Assembly: GCA_041649575.1 (NCBI GenBank) | Contig: JBAZMW010000002.1 | Coordinates: 148,487 to 212,486 of the forward strand | Origin: Patescibacteria group bacterium | GTDB lineage: Bacteria > Patescibacteriota > Patescibacteriia > 2-01-FULL-39-33 | DNA: 64,000 bases | Direction: 5' to 3' | In this document: one piece after another, positions 49,887 to 60,020 of the stretch | Layout of the letters: every line of letters starts with the position of its first letter | Numbering within the stretch: the stretch's first letter is position 1 | Program-made: the position numbers and the translations under genes | The notes under the pieces: generated by a model | Told to the model about the DNA's origin: nothing | The model's database searches: none | What the model saw: only the letters and a program-made list of their open reading frames with translations

Positions 49887-50730
49887 TCTGTTTGTATTTT
49901 AAATAACCCCGGACAGCGCCCATAAAATGATACCAGCCTCCCAGCTTGGCTATCATTTTGACCTTAAGTCTGTCTGATAAAGACGGCTTTTGGAATGGAG
50001 TAAAACTATTTAAACTGTCACCGCTCTTGATTTTTTGATAGTTAAAAATTAAATCGCCAAAGTTTTTTATCTCTTTGATTTTTAAATAAGCTGTTTTTTC
50101 GCCGAATTTCCTTTGTTTGTCAAGATAATTTTTTATACTACTGGCGTAATCATGATAAATTATTACATCGGGATAATACCTTATTTTGTATTCTTTTCGA
50201 CAACGGCCAATAAATTCCCGGCCCTCATGGCCATAATCAAGATTGGCGTCGAACAAGCCTACTTTAGCAAAAACTTCGCGCTTAATGGCGCAATTACCCT
50301 CGAGCAGCACTGGCGATTCAGTCGGCTGGTCTCCCTGATAATAATGAGGCGCAAAGTATTGCCAAAGATTATTATTTAACGGTTTGACTCGGCCGGTAAT
50401 TATCGCTTCGTGGAGCATAATTTCGCTGATGTTTTTTAGCCAGTTTTTGTCGGCCAAGGCGTCGTCGTCAAAAAAAACAATTATTTCTCCGCCAGAATTT
50501 TTAACGCCACTGTTTCTGGCCTGCGACACGCCGCCGTGTTCTTCCTTTAAATATTTCAAACTCAACCTATCTTTAAACTGCTTGGCTGTTTTTTCCGTGT
50601 CATCAATACTGCCGTCATCGACAACTATCACCTCGAATTTCTCCTTGGCAAAATCCTGCTCTACCAAGCTTGCCAGAGCCTTGGATAAATAGTTGGCCCG
50701 ATTATAAGTTGGAATCACTACTGACAGCAT
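49873..50730 (-). CDS. Family 2 glycosyltransferase
   Basis: LSVVIPTYNR...EVIVVDDGSIDDT and FFDDDA. Confidence 0.85.
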   Translation of the reverse strand: MLSVVIPTYNRANYLSKALASLVEQDFAKEKFEVIVVDDGSIDDTEKTAKQFKDRLSLKYLKEEHGGVSQARNSGVKNSGGEIIVFFDDDALADKNWLKNISEIMLHEAIITGRVKPLNNNLWQYFAPHYYQGDQPTESPVLLEGNCAIKREVFAKVGLFDANLDYGHEGREFIGRCRKEYKIRYYPDVIIYHDYASSIKNYLDKQRKFGEKTAYLKIKEIKNFGDLIFNYQKIKSGDSLNSFTPFQKPSLSDRLKVKMIAKLGGWYHFMGAVRGYLKYKQNAKN

Positions 50731-52168
50731 TTTCTTTTTTGAATAATAATGATTTAGTCTGCATGATATCTTTTTTTGAAAAACCCCCCACCAGTACCAG
50801 CGTAACCAGATAAACCAGTGCTCCTAGCGGCGCAGTTATTACAAAAGACCAATAACCTTTTAGCCACACAACCACCAGACTCATCACCAGACAGCTAAAG
50901 GTTATTTTGGCAAAAGAAATCAATAAATATTTTTTATCATATTTGACGATTTTTTCAATCACCACTATGCCCAGAGCAAACAAAACAACATAACTGATCA
51001 AAGCGGCTACGGCAGCCCCATTATAACCGTAAAGCGGTATTAGAATTAAATTTAAAATTATATTCAAAACGGCGATAATGCCCAGATGAACGGTGTTTCT
51101 GGTTTGTTTGTCGCAGGCGTTGAGCATGGCGCCTATCGGAAAGCACAAAAAAACCAAAACCAAAGAAGAAATCAGGATTTGCAAAGGCAAAATCGCCCCT
51201 TGATATTCTTGGCCGAAAATCGGCGGCAGGAATTTATCCGCCAGAACAATTACCCCGAAAGATATGGGCAAAGAAATCAACATCAGAAAATACATCGATT
51301 TGGCGAAAGTTTTAGACAACAATTCCTTGGAAGCGACAAAATATCTGCAAAAAGCCGGATAAATGCTGGCCGAAAAAGCCACGGCTACAAACTGCAGGGC
51401 AAAAGTGATTTTGTAAGCCACGCTATAGAGGCCAACCGCTTTATCATTAGCCAGCTTGGACAATAACACGATATCCATCGAAGAATAAATTCTGATAAAA
51501 AATCCGGCGATGGCAAAAGGCAGAGCCAGCCGAAAGAGTTCTTTGATTATTTTTTTATCAAATCGGAAAATGGTTAGAATTTTTAATTTTATTTTCAAAA
51601 ATAGCGCGGCATAAAAAAAGTTGAACAGACTGCCCAGTAGATAAGCGCCCATCAAAATTACCAAGCCCAACTGCAATTTTATAATTACCAGTCCCGCCCC
51701 CAAAACGATCAGTTGGTTTAAAATCACACCGTAGCTCTCGAATCTCAAGTTTTGGTGGCCGCGTAAAATGCCGTAAAAACTCAAGGCGAATGAATCCAAA
51801 AGCATCACAAAACCGGAAACATAAACTAATTGTTTGGTGATTTCCGGATAACCCATCAGATTGATAACCACTATTACCAAAGCATAAATTATTACCGACC
51901 CAAGAAGCTTGAGGCCCAGGACATTGGCCAGGTATTTTTGAGAATTTTTTATATCCCGGGCGCTTTCTCGAATAAGTATTTGCGTCAGACCAAAATCGAG
52001 AAACATGGCAAAAATAGTGGTAAAACTCAAAGCGAAAGAATATTTGCCGGTGTTTTCCACGCCGATGCTTCGCGCTACCAGAATAAAATATACAAAAGAA
52101 AGAATCTTTTGTATGGTTAGGGCGGCAGTAAAAAAAGTAGTATTTTTGACGAGGTTGCTGCTAGACAT
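50702..52168 (-). CDS. wzx: Polysaccharide flippase (MOP/Wzx family)
   Basis: 488 aa with about 14 TM segments. N-terminus NTTFFTAALTIQKILSFVYFILVARSIG is typical of this family. Confidence 0.8.
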   Translation of the reverse strand: MSSSNLVKNTTFFTAALTIQKILSFVYFILVARSIGVENTGKYSFALSFTTIFAMFLDFGLTQILIRESARDIKNSQKYLANVLGLKLLGSVIIYALVIVVINLMGYPEITKQLVYVSGFVMLLDSFALSFYGILRGHQNLRFESYGVILNQLIVLGAGLVIIKLQLGLVILMGAYLLGSLFNFFYAALFLKIKLKILTIFRFDKKIIKELFRLALPFAIAGFFIRIYSSMDIVLLSKLANDKAVGLYSVAYKITFALQFVAVAFSASIYPAFCRYFVASKELLSKTFAKSMYFLMLISLPISFGVIVLADKFLPPIFGQEYQGAILPLQILISSLVLVFLCFPIGAMLNACDKQTRNTVHLGIIAVLNIILNLILIPLYGYNGAAVAALISYVVLFALGIVVIEKIVKYDKKYLLISFAKITFSCLVMSLVVVWLKGYWSFVITAPLGALVYLVTLVLVGGFSKKDIMQTKSLLFKKENAVSSDSNL

Positions 52169-52196
52169 GCGGTTGATTATAATAAGCTAACTTTCC

Positions 52197-52895
52197 TTAA
52201 CCAAAATAGATATTTTTCAACTCTTTATTATTTAAGATGTCTTTATTTCCCTCAAGCGCCACTTGACCATTTTCTAAAACATAAGTCCGATTGGCCAGCT
52301 CTACGGCCTGTCTGGCATTTTGTTCAACAATCATAATCGAAACACCGGTGCTACTTATTTGTTTTATAGTAACAAAAATTTCTTTCATGGCTCTTGGAGA
52401 TAAACCTAGCGACGGTTCGTCTAAAAGCAATAATTGCGGGCTCTGTATTAACGCTCGGCTAATGGCCAAAAGTTGCTGTTGACCTCCCGATAGATTAGCG
52501 GTTCTTTGTTTTTGTTTTTCTTTTAAAATTGGGAATTGATTAAAAATCTTTTTTATTTTCTCAGCCACGCTTTTTCTGTCTTTAAAAATAAATGCCCCCA
52601 TTTCTAAATTCTCTTTTACGGTCATATTGCCAAAAACTTGCCGACCCTGTGGAACATAGCTTATACCTAATTCAATTAGTTTGTAGGTGGGAATCTTGGT
52701 GATTTCCCGATCATTCCAGATTATTTGGCCAGCATAAATATCGCACTGGTTGAAAATGCTTTTTAGAACCGTGGATTTACCAGCCCCATTGGGTCCGATT
52801 ATGGCCACTATCTCCCCTTCTTTGACTGTAATATCAACACCAAAGAGAATTTGCAGTTTTTCGTAGCCGGATTCGATTTTTTTTAGCTCCAACAT
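52197..52895 (-). CDS. livF: Branched-chain amino acid ABC transporter ATP-binding protein (LivF-like)
   Basis: GPNGAGKST, LSGGQQQ and LLLLDEPS. Confidence 0.88.
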   Translation of the reverse strand: MLELKKIESGYEKLQILFGVDITVKEGEIVAIIGPNGAGKSTVLKSIFNQCDIYAGQIIWNDREITKIPTYKLIELGISYVPQGRQVFGNMTVKENLEMGAFIFKDRKSVAEKIKKIFNQFPILKEKQKQRTANLSGGQQQLLAISRALIQSPQLLLLDEPSLGLSPRAMKEIFVTIKQISSTGVSIMIVEQNARQAVELANRTYVLENGQVALEGNKDILNNKELKNIYFG

Positions 52896-52964
52896 GCTTT
52901 TATCTTAGCAAAATTTCTATAATTTTAAAACCCCGCCACGGGGGCGGGGCTTAGGACTAACTTA

Positions 52965-54116
52965 TTAGTTTTGATAAGGCACGAATTGGCCGTTTTTGAT
53001 TTGTTGCATCATAGAAGTCATGTGGGAGTCGCCATTACTGTCGATAGTGATGGGTCCACTGACGCCATCATAATTTTTTACCCCATACAGGTAGTTTTTT
53101 ACGCCATCAGGATTATAGCCGCTACTCTTTATGGCGTTTAGTAACAGATTAGTGCCATCATAGGAATTGGCCACGGCGCTCATAATCGGCGGATCTTGAT
53201 TGTAGGCGGAGATGTATTTTGTTTTGAGGTCTTTGACTTTTTGATTTTGATCATCTAGGGCGGAGGTGATAAAAATTGCTCCTTCGGCGGCGCTGTCGCC
53301 GGCTGTCACCACTTCTTTGACACCAAAATTGTCAGAGCCAATAATTTGAGCATTAATTCCCAGCTCTCTGGCTTGTTTGGCGATCAATCCCCCTTCGCTG
53401 CCATAACTTATAATCACTAATGATGTCGGATTTTTTTCTTTTATTTTTGTCAGGGCGGTTCGGAAGTCAGTCGCTTCCGGCAAGTAGGTTTCGGCATCTA
53501 AAATTTTTCCGCCGCTAGCTTCATAGGTGCTTTTAAAATTATCGAAAAAACCGACGCCGTAGTCATTGCTGGCATAAATGACGGCCACCTCTGGAGTGTT
53601 TAACTGGTGGTAAAGAAAATCGGCCAGATTAGCGCCTTGCACCGCGTCAGAAATGCAAGTCCGAAAAATATAATTGCCAGCTTGGGAGATTTTGGCAGCT
53701 GAAGCCAGCGTGGTCAGTAGGATAACCTTACTTTGTTCAGCAATGGGAGCTGTGGCCAAGACCGACCCGGAACAGCCAACCATGGTGGCTTTGACTTTAT
53801 CAACACTGATTAATTTATTAAAAGCAGTGACGGCCTCGGTTTTGTCGCAAGTCTTATTATCCTCAAAAATCAATTGGATTTGTTGGCCATTTATTCCGCC
53901 GCGATCGTTCCATTCTTTGACGGCGATTTCTATACCACCCTTCATTGATCCACCCCAATTAACTAAGTCACCAGTCAGCGGCGCAATCACCCCGATTTTT
54001 ATAGGCTCGGTATCTTGCGAATTAGCTTTGTTGGTGAGTGCCAAGGCATAGCCAATGATGGCGATAATCACCACCAGAGCAATTATCAGCCAGATAATTT
54101 TTGTTTTCTTTGACAT
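52965..54116 (-). CDS. LIV-type (type I periplasmic) substrate-binding protein, paralog 1
   Basis: N-terminal TM anchor, then IKIGVIAPLTGD.....G, typical of Leu/Ile/Val-binding proteins. Confidence 0.8.
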   Translation of the reverse strand: MSKKTKIIWLIIALVVIIAIIGYALALTNKANSQDTEPIKIGVIAPLTGDLVNWGGSMKGGIEIAVKEWNDRGGINGQQIQLIFEDNKTCDKTEAVTAFNKLISVDKVKATMVGCSGSVLATAPIAEQSKVILLTTLASAAKISQAGNYIFRTCISDAVQGANLADFLYHQLNTPEVAVIYASNDYGVGFFDNFKSTYEASGGKILDAETYLPEATDFRTALTKIKEKNPTSLVIISYGSEGGLIAKQARELGINAQIIGSDNFGVKEVVTAGDSAAEGAIFITSALDDQNQKVKDLKTKYISAYNQDPPIMSAVANSYDGTNLLLNAIKSSGYNPDGVKNYLYGVKNYDGVSGPITIDSNGDSHMTSMMQQIKNGQFVPYQN

Positions 54117-54215
54117 GGTTCTTGGGATATTTTATTTGTCTTGAATTCAAGAATAATGAAATATGGGACTTATCGTCAATTTATATTACAGAAATTTAGT
54201 GATATTTTAGCTAAT

Positions 54216-54244
54216 TTGACAAATATTTAGCTATATTATATAAT
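54216..54244 (+). promoter_or_regulatory. Promoter TTGACA, 17-nt spacer, TATAAT, with phased TTTAGCTA repeats
   Basis: TTGACA at 54216-54221 and TATAAT at 54239-54244. TTTAGCTA at 54206 and 54226, and TTTAGTGA at 54196. Confidence 0.55.
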
Positions 54245-54269
54245 ATCTGTAAATATTTTTTACAACAAT

Positions 54270-55001
54270 ATGCTGGACAAAATTATTGATTATTTCAATT
54301 TAGAAGAAAAAGAAGCCAAAGTCTATCTGGCTGCTCTGGAATTGGGCAATTCTAAGGTCAGTGAAATAGCCAAAAAAGCCGGTTTAAATCGCATTACGGC
54401 TTATGAAATTTTGAAACGATTAAGACAAAAGGGGTTGGCCGTGAGCTTAACTAGAAATAACGTTTTGACTTTTCGGGTGATTGATCCTGAAAAAGTTATT
54501 AAGAAAATGGAAAGCAAGTTATCCTTGTCTCGGGAGCTTTTGCCGGCGCTGGTGCTACTAAAAAATAACAGCGGCAAAAAGCCGAAGATCGAGTACTTTG
54601 ACGGTCGTGAAGGATTAAGGGCTTTGTGCAACGATTCCTTAAACTGTCAAGAAAAAATAATTTATGATTTGGCGGAACCCACCAATCTGTTGAAAACTAT
54701 CGGCGAGGATTTTTTTAATTCTTTTGTCAGACAAAGAGTCAAAAAAGGAATAAAGGTCAAGTTGTTGCTGCCTAAAAACAAAGAGAACAAAAAATATCTC
54801 GGGGTAGTAAAAAGAGATTTAAGAGAATTAAGATTTATTGATGATGATTTGTATCCCAATGAGTTTTATATTTATGACAATAAAGTCGCCATACTCTCCT
54901 TCTCCGGCAAGATGGGAGTATTAATTGAAGACGAGGAAATCGCCAAATCAATGAAGTCCATCTGGAGATTCTTATGGAATCACTCTGACAAAAATTTTTA
55001 A
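54270..55001 (+). CDS. TrmB-family transcriptional regulator
   Basis: N-terminal winged HTH: FNLEEKEAKVYLAALELGNSKVSEIAKKAGLNRITAYEILKRL. Confidence 0.8.
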   Translation: MLDKIIDYFNLEEKEAKVYLAALELGNSKVSEIAKKAGLNRITAYEILKRLRQKGLAVSLTRNNVLTFRVIDPEKVIKKMESKLSLSRELLPALVLLKNNSGKKPKIEYFDGREGLRALCNDSLNCQEKIIYDLAEPTNLLKTIGEDFFNSFVRQRVKKGIKVKLLLPKNKENKKYLGVVKRDLRELRFIDDDLYPNEFYIYDNKVAILSFSGKMGVLIEDEEIAKSMKSIWRFLWNHSDKNF

Positions 55002-55052
55002 CTTAAAACACCCGCCAATGAGGCGGGTGTTTTAAGAATATGTGGTTTTTAA

Positions 55053-56102
55053 CTAATTTACCTTCTCCAGATACATCGGAATAACAATATCATTATTTGT
55101 AATATCTTTGGCTACTCCAGTCACGCCACTGACTTCTTTTTTGTTGGTCAGACAGCTTTCAATACTATCTTTGGGACAAGTGGCCAAAAGGTTGACAATA
55201 TCAAAACCAAAGGCGGCCACGAAGTTGGGTTCTTTGCCATATTTGGCTTTGTATCTGGTTTTGAACTGCTCGCTATTACCGGGAATAGAAAAAGCAAATT
55301 GATTGGTGTAGAAAGTCATTTTGGGAGCTTTGGCTTGCGTTTCCGGATCGGATTGGACATTAGAGACTTCAACTATCGGGATATTAAACTTTAATTCTTC
55401 TATTTTTTTCAAAATGCCCAGTGATTCGCTTGGTGGTGTTGGGACGAATAACAGAGCTTCCGGTCCAGCGTCTTTGGCCTTACTAACGATGGTGGAAAAG
55501 TCAGTCGTGTTGGGAACATATGATTCCATGAAGACTATCTTTTTGCCGGATTCATCACAGAGTTGTTTGATTTTGTCAGCCACCGATTGGGCATACTCGT
55601 CTTTTCTGTAGATGACTGCTATTTTCTTGACGTTTTTGAGCGGTGAAATGTCTGATTCAAATGATGGCGTGGCAAAATGACTGGCGTCGGTATAATATCT
55701 GAAAGCATAATCATTAGTAATATTGTTAGCCGCGCTTTGAGTGATAACCATGGGAATTTTGTCCTCTTTGGCGAGTGAGGCCAGCGGCACGCTGACAATA
55801 CTAAGAGCTGTCACAAAAACATCCGGCTTTTGGAGTTTTAGTTTTTGATAGGCGGTCAAACCATCGGCGGCAGCGCCTTTGCTATCCTCATAGGTGACGG
55901 CAAGATTGGGGTGGTCTTCCAGCGCTAGATCCATGCCGTTCTTGACACTTTCGCCCCAGATGGCCGATGGGCCGCTTAGAGCCAAAATGGCTCCGATTTG
56001 GGTTTTATCATCACTGGTAGCAGCTTTATTGCCCAAGCCACAGCCGGCTAACACTACGCTTGCCATTAAGGCAACGACAATAATCAAAAATTTTGTTTTC
56101 AT
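55053..56102 (-). CDS. LIV-type substrate-binding lipoprotein, paralog 2
   Basis: Lipobox VLAGCG, then IGAILALSGP. Confidence 0.8.
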   Translation of the reverse strand: MKTKFLIIVVALMASVVLAGCGLGNKAATSDDKTQIGAILALSGPSAIWGESVKNGMDLALEDHPNLAVTYEDSKGAAADGLTAYQKLKLQKPDVFVTALSIVSVPLASLAKEDKIPMVITQSAANNITNDYAFRYYTDASHFATPSFESDISPLKNVKKIAVIYRKDEYAQSVADKIKQLCDESGKKIVFMESYVPNTTDFSTIVSKAKDAGPEALLFVPTPPSESLGILKKIEELKFNIPIVEVSNVQSDPETQAKAPKMTFYTNQFAFSIPGNSEQFKTRYKAKYGKEPNFVAAFGFDIVNLLATCPKDSIESCLTNKKEVSGVTGVAKDITNNDIVIPMYLEKVN

Positions 56103-56126
56103 ACGACGTTTTATTATTGTTTAGTT

Positions 56127-57254
56127 TTAATAAGGTATTATTTCACTATTTTTAATCTGATAAAGAATAAAATGTGCATTTTTTCTGTCATTGTTCTTAT
56201 CGAAGCTAATTTCGCCGCCAGCTCCAGAGTAATTAATATTTTTTAGAGACTCTACTGCCTGACTCATGTCCATATTATTTTTTCCAGCTGCTTCGGCCAA
56301 GATATAGATGTCATCGTACATGCCGATACAGGCGTTTTGCTGGGGACAATCGGCGCCGTATTTTTCTTTGTAAGTGTCTAATAAATTTTTTACTGAAACG
56401 ATATTTTCTATGGCAAAATCAGTACTAATAGCCCCATCTAAATAATTTTTATATTTTGAATTTAAATCGGCCGAATGCATAATTGCCTCATTTACTAACA
56501 AAGTTTTAGGTCGAAAATTAATTTCTTTTGCCTCCTTCAAAACTTTATCACCAGAAGTTGGGCTTTGAACGCTCATTAATAAAACATCGGGGTTAGCGTT
56601 TTTGAGTTTTAAAAGTGGGGTGCGGACATCGGTGGCATCCGTTGTAAAGCCCTCGCTTACAATTTTTACTTCCTTATTTTCAAGATTTTTTTCCAGCATC
56701 AATTTCATGCCTTTAGCGTAATCCGTTTCTTCATAGATAATCGCAATTTTTCTTAAATTATTATTAACAATATATTCTCCAAATAAGCGAGCCCCGTCAG
56801 CATCAGAAGCATAATTTCTAAAAACCGAGGGAGAAACCCCGGTCACCTTAACCGAGCTCACAACTGTGGCAATTAAGATCTGATCTGACTTTAATAAAGG
56901 CGCGATTCCTAATACTGTTCCACTACAGGCCACGGAAGAAAAAAGCTTTAGGCCGTTTACATTTGAAAGTTGTTGAAAGGCTGAAATGGCCGCTTGAGGG
57001 GCGCATTGATGGTCTTGATAATTAATTTCTATTTTGTGTCCATTTATTCCGCCTTTGGCATTTATTTCCTCTACAGCGATTTCAGCCGCTTTTTGCGCTG
57101 AGTCGCCATAAATAGCTGCTCCTCCGGTCAAAGGTAATAAAGCCCCGATTTTGATAGTTTCTTTATTGTTTTTGCTAATATTGCTCAGGCTGCAACCGGC
57201 CGTGGCCACGACAATTAACGCCAAAATGATGATGAATAGGGATTTTCTTTTCAT
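56127..57254 (-). CDS. LIV-type substrate-binding lipoprotein, paralog 3
   Basis: Lipobox ATAGCS, then IKIGALLPLTGG. Confidence 0.8.
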   Translation of the reverse strand: MKRKSLFIIILALIVVATAGCSLSNISKNNKETIKIGALLPLTGGAAIYGDSAQKAAEIAVEEINAKGGINGHKIEINYQDHQCAPQAAISAFQQLSNVNGLKLFSSVACSGTVLGIAPLLKSDQILIATVVSSVKVTGVSPSVFRNYASDADGARLFGEYIVNNNLRKIAIIYEETDYAKGMKLMLEKNLENKEVKIVSEGFTTDATDVRTPLLKLKNANPDVLLMSVQSPTSGDKVLKEAKEINFRPKTLLVNEAIMHSADLNSKYKNYLDGAISTDFAIENIVSVKNLLDTYKEKYGADCPQQNACIGMYDDIYILAEAAGKNNMDMSQAVESLKNINYSGAGGEISFDKNNDRKNAHFILYQIKNSEIIPY

Positions 57255-57277
57255 GATTTTACTATATTATTATTATA

Positions 57278-58015
57278 TTAACTCCCCAGATACGCCTCTA
57301 ATACCAGCTTATTCTCCCTTATATCTTTGGGCTTGCCTTCGGCAATAACTTTTCCTGCGTCCATAACAATTATATAATCTGCCACCGTAAAAGTAAAATT
57401 CATATCATGTTCAATCAGTAGGACAGTCTCGCCCTGTTTTTTTAAGTCCTTTAGGATGCTTTTAATACGGTCGCGCAACACCGGATTTACTCCGGCTACC
57501 GGTTCGTCCAGGATGAGCAGCTGATGCGGATTGAGGATCGCTCGCGCTAGCTCCACCAGCCGTTTCTGTCCGTAGCTTAATTCTCCGCAAAGATGCTTGG
57601 GCGATTTATCCAAGCCAATCAGATCCAGGACATCTTGGATTTTTTTCTTTTTTTTCGAGCCGTAATAATTCAGGCCCAAAAGATTTTTGGCAAACTTCAT
57701 GTCTTCATTGTCAAGAGCAATGGATAAGTTTTCTTCTATGCTTAAGTTATTAAATAAATGCGCTTGCTGGAAAACACGGGATAGGCCCAGATTGGAAATT
57801 TTGTCAGGTGATAGGTTGGTGATATTTTTTCCAGCTAAAACTATCTCGCCGCTTTCGGCTTTTAAAATGCCGGAAATTAAGTTAAAGATGGTGGTTTTAC
57901 CGCTACCGTTGGGACCAATGAGCGCCGTGATTTGATTTTGGCCAATCTCAAAACTGCAGTCGTCGACCGCATGCACCCCGCCAAAATATTTTTTTAAGTG
58001 TTGAATTTTGAGCAT
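57278..58015 (-). CDS. livG: Branched-chain amino acid ABC transporter ATP-binding protein (LivG-like)
   Basis: GPNGSGKTT, LSYGQKR and LLILDEP. Confidence 0.88.
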   Translation of the reverse strand: MLKIQHLKKYFGGVHAVDDCSFEIGQNQITALIGPNGSGKTTIFNLISGILKAESGEIVLAGKNITNLSPDKISNLGLSRVFQQAHLFNNLSIEENLSIALDNEDMKFAKNLLGLNYYGSKKKKKIQDVLDLIGLDKSPKHLCGELSYGQKRLVELARAILNPHQLLILDEPVAGVNPVLRDRIKSILKDLKKQGETVLLIEHDMNFTFTVADYIIVMDAGKVIAEGKPKDIRENKLVLEAYLGS

Positions 58016-58020
58016 TATTA

Positions 58021-59127
58021 TTAATACAGCACGAATTGGCCGTCTTTTATTATTTTAATGACTATCGGCTTGATGGCATCGCCATTGCTGTCGAAAGTGG
58101 TGGAACCGGACACGCCAGAATAATCTTTTATTTTATACAAGCCGTCTTTAATGCAGGTTGAGTCCACTGTTGGGCAGCTTTCTTTAATAATTTTGGCCAA
58201 AATTATTAAAGAATCGTAGCCCTGCGCGGCAAAAATATTGGGGTCTTTACCGAATCTATTCTTATACAGATCCCAAAATTCTTGATTTGTTTCTCGTTTA
58301 AAATCAGAAGCAGCGAAGATGATGCCTTCGGCCAAGGGCCCGACCGCAGAAAGAAATTTGCTATCGGTCACTGTATTGTCAGAAATTATCTGGGCATTAA
58401 TTCCCATTTCTTTTATTTGCTTAATAATAAGAGCGACCTCCGGCATTAGGGCCCCGACATAAACTACTTGAGGATTTTTTTCTTTGATTTTTATGAGCTG
58501 GGATCGAAAATCGGTGGAGTTTTTTTGATATGATTGGCGTTCGACAATGACGCCCCCGTCTTTTTGAAAGGAATCAGTGAAGGTCTTCTCACCGATTACA
58601 TAAGCATCGCTTGACTGGTCGAAGATGGTAGCCGCTGTTTTATATTTTTGGGCCACAAATTCAGCCATTTTCTTTTGTTCGGTGCTTTCTAGGATGTGAT
58701 TTCTAAAAATATAATCCCCTGCTTGGCTAATTGAATCGGCCGCTGAAGCCGGGGTCAAGATAATCATCTTGGCTTTTTCGGCCAGTGGGGCGATAGCCAA
58801 AGTGCTTTGAGAGCAGACCGGACCAATGATTATTTTGGCGCCCTTAATGGCGGTAGAGTTATAAGCGTTTATAGCTTCCTTGGGGTCGCATTTTTCGTCT
58901 TCAAGCAATAAGTCTATTTTAAGACCAGAGAGAGCTGTTTTTTCGTTAGCTAATACAATGCCATCTTTTATGTCATCACCCAGGGAAGCCATGTTTCCGC
59001 TAAGCGGCAGAATTACGCCGATTTTTATTGTTTGATTTTGGTGAAGTTTTTTGCTGGAGACAAAAATTGCAACTGCAATAATCGCCAGCACAATGATAAT
59101 TACTATGAGCCAAAATTTTGTCTTCAT
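58021..59127 (-). CDS. LIV-type substrate-binding protein, paralog 4
   Basis: TM anchor, then IKIGVILPLSGN. Confidence 0.8.
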   Translation of the reverse strand: MKTKFWLIVIIIVLAIIAVAIFVSSKKLHQNQTIKIGVILPLSGNMASLGDDIKDGIVLANEKTALSGLKIDLLLEDEKCDPKEAINAYNSTAIKGAKIIIGPVCSQSTLAIAPLAEKAKMIILTPASAADSISQAGDYIFRNHILESTEQKKMAEFVAQKYKTAATIFDQSSDAYVIGEKTFTDSFQKDGGVIVERQSYQKNSTDFRSQLIKIKEKNPQVVYVGALMPEVALIIKQIKEMGINAQIISDNTVTDSKFLSAVGPLAEGIIFAASDFKRETNQEFWDLYKNRFGKDPNIFAAQGYDSLIILAKIIKESCPTVDSTCIKDGLYKIKDYSGVSGSTTFDSNGDAIKPIVIKIIKDGQFVLY

Positions 59128-59144
59128 AAAATTTTGTATTTTAG

Positions 59145-60017
59145 TTATTCCAATTTAACTTTGCCAAAAAAACCCGTTGGTTTGAAGATCAAGATTAGTA
59201 TAAGGATTAGGGCATAAATTATCTGTCGGGCCGGGCCGACAATCGACGAAGGAAAACCGATGAACCTCAGTGGTTCCGGCAATAAGATCAAAATAATCGC
59301 GGCAATAATTGTGCCCCTCAGCGAAGCCAGGCCGGCAATAATTACAATAGCCAAAACAGGAATCAACTGCATGATAGTAAATGAGGAGGGATCGATAAAA
59401 GTAACATAATGCGCGTACAAACTACCGGCAATACCGGCAAAAAAAGCCGAGGTCGCCAAAGAATAACTTTTTAGCTTGAAAGTATTTTTGCCCAGCACTT
59501 GCGCGGCCAACTCATCATCTCGGACAGCTTGAAGCGCTTTGCCAAATGGCGATCGGGTAATTTGTTTGATTATTAGGTAAGTAATGAGCGCAATAGCTAT
59601 GGTCAAAAATAAAAAATTAAAATTACTACTGAAGTCCAGGCCGAATAAATTCGGTTTGGGTATGCCGGGTAGTCCCAGCGGTCCGCGAGTCAAATCAGTC
59701 CAATTGAGAGCCACGGCATAAACTACAAAAGTAAAGCCCATGGTAGCCAGAGCCAGATAGTCCCCTTTCAGCTTGTGGGTGGGTATGGCCAGTAGATGGC
59801 CGAAAGCCATAGCCAACAAGCAGGCGCATAAAATACAAAGCCAAAAGGGGCAGCCAGCTAGAGCCAGCAAGGCCGAAGTATAAGCGCCGATGGCATAGAA
59901 AGCGATATGGCCGAGATTAAGCAAACCGGAAAAACCCATGGCCAATTGCAAAGACATGGCCAGAATGAGATAGATGCCGATTAAAATTAGGAGATGAATA
60001 ATATAAGCAGAAAGCAT
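59145..60017 (-). CDS. livM: Branched-chain amino acid ABC transporter permease (LivM-like)
   Basis: GLLNLGHIAFYAIGAYTSALL. Confidence 0.85.
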   Translation of the reverse strand: MLSAYIIHLLILIGIYLILAMSLQLAMGFSGLLNLGHIAFYAIGAYTSALLALAGCPFWLCILCACLLAMAFGHLLAIPTHKLKGDYLALATMGFTFVVYAVALNWTDLTRGPLGLPGIPKPNLFGLDFSSNFNFLFLTIAIALITYLIIKQITRSPFGKALQAVRDDELAAQVLGKNTFKLKSYSLATSAFFAGIAGSLYAHYVTFIDPSSFTIMQLIPVLAIVIIAGLASLRGTIIAAIILILLPEPLRFIGFPSSIVGPARQIIYALILILILIFKPTGFFGKVKLE

Positions 60018-60020
60018 AGA

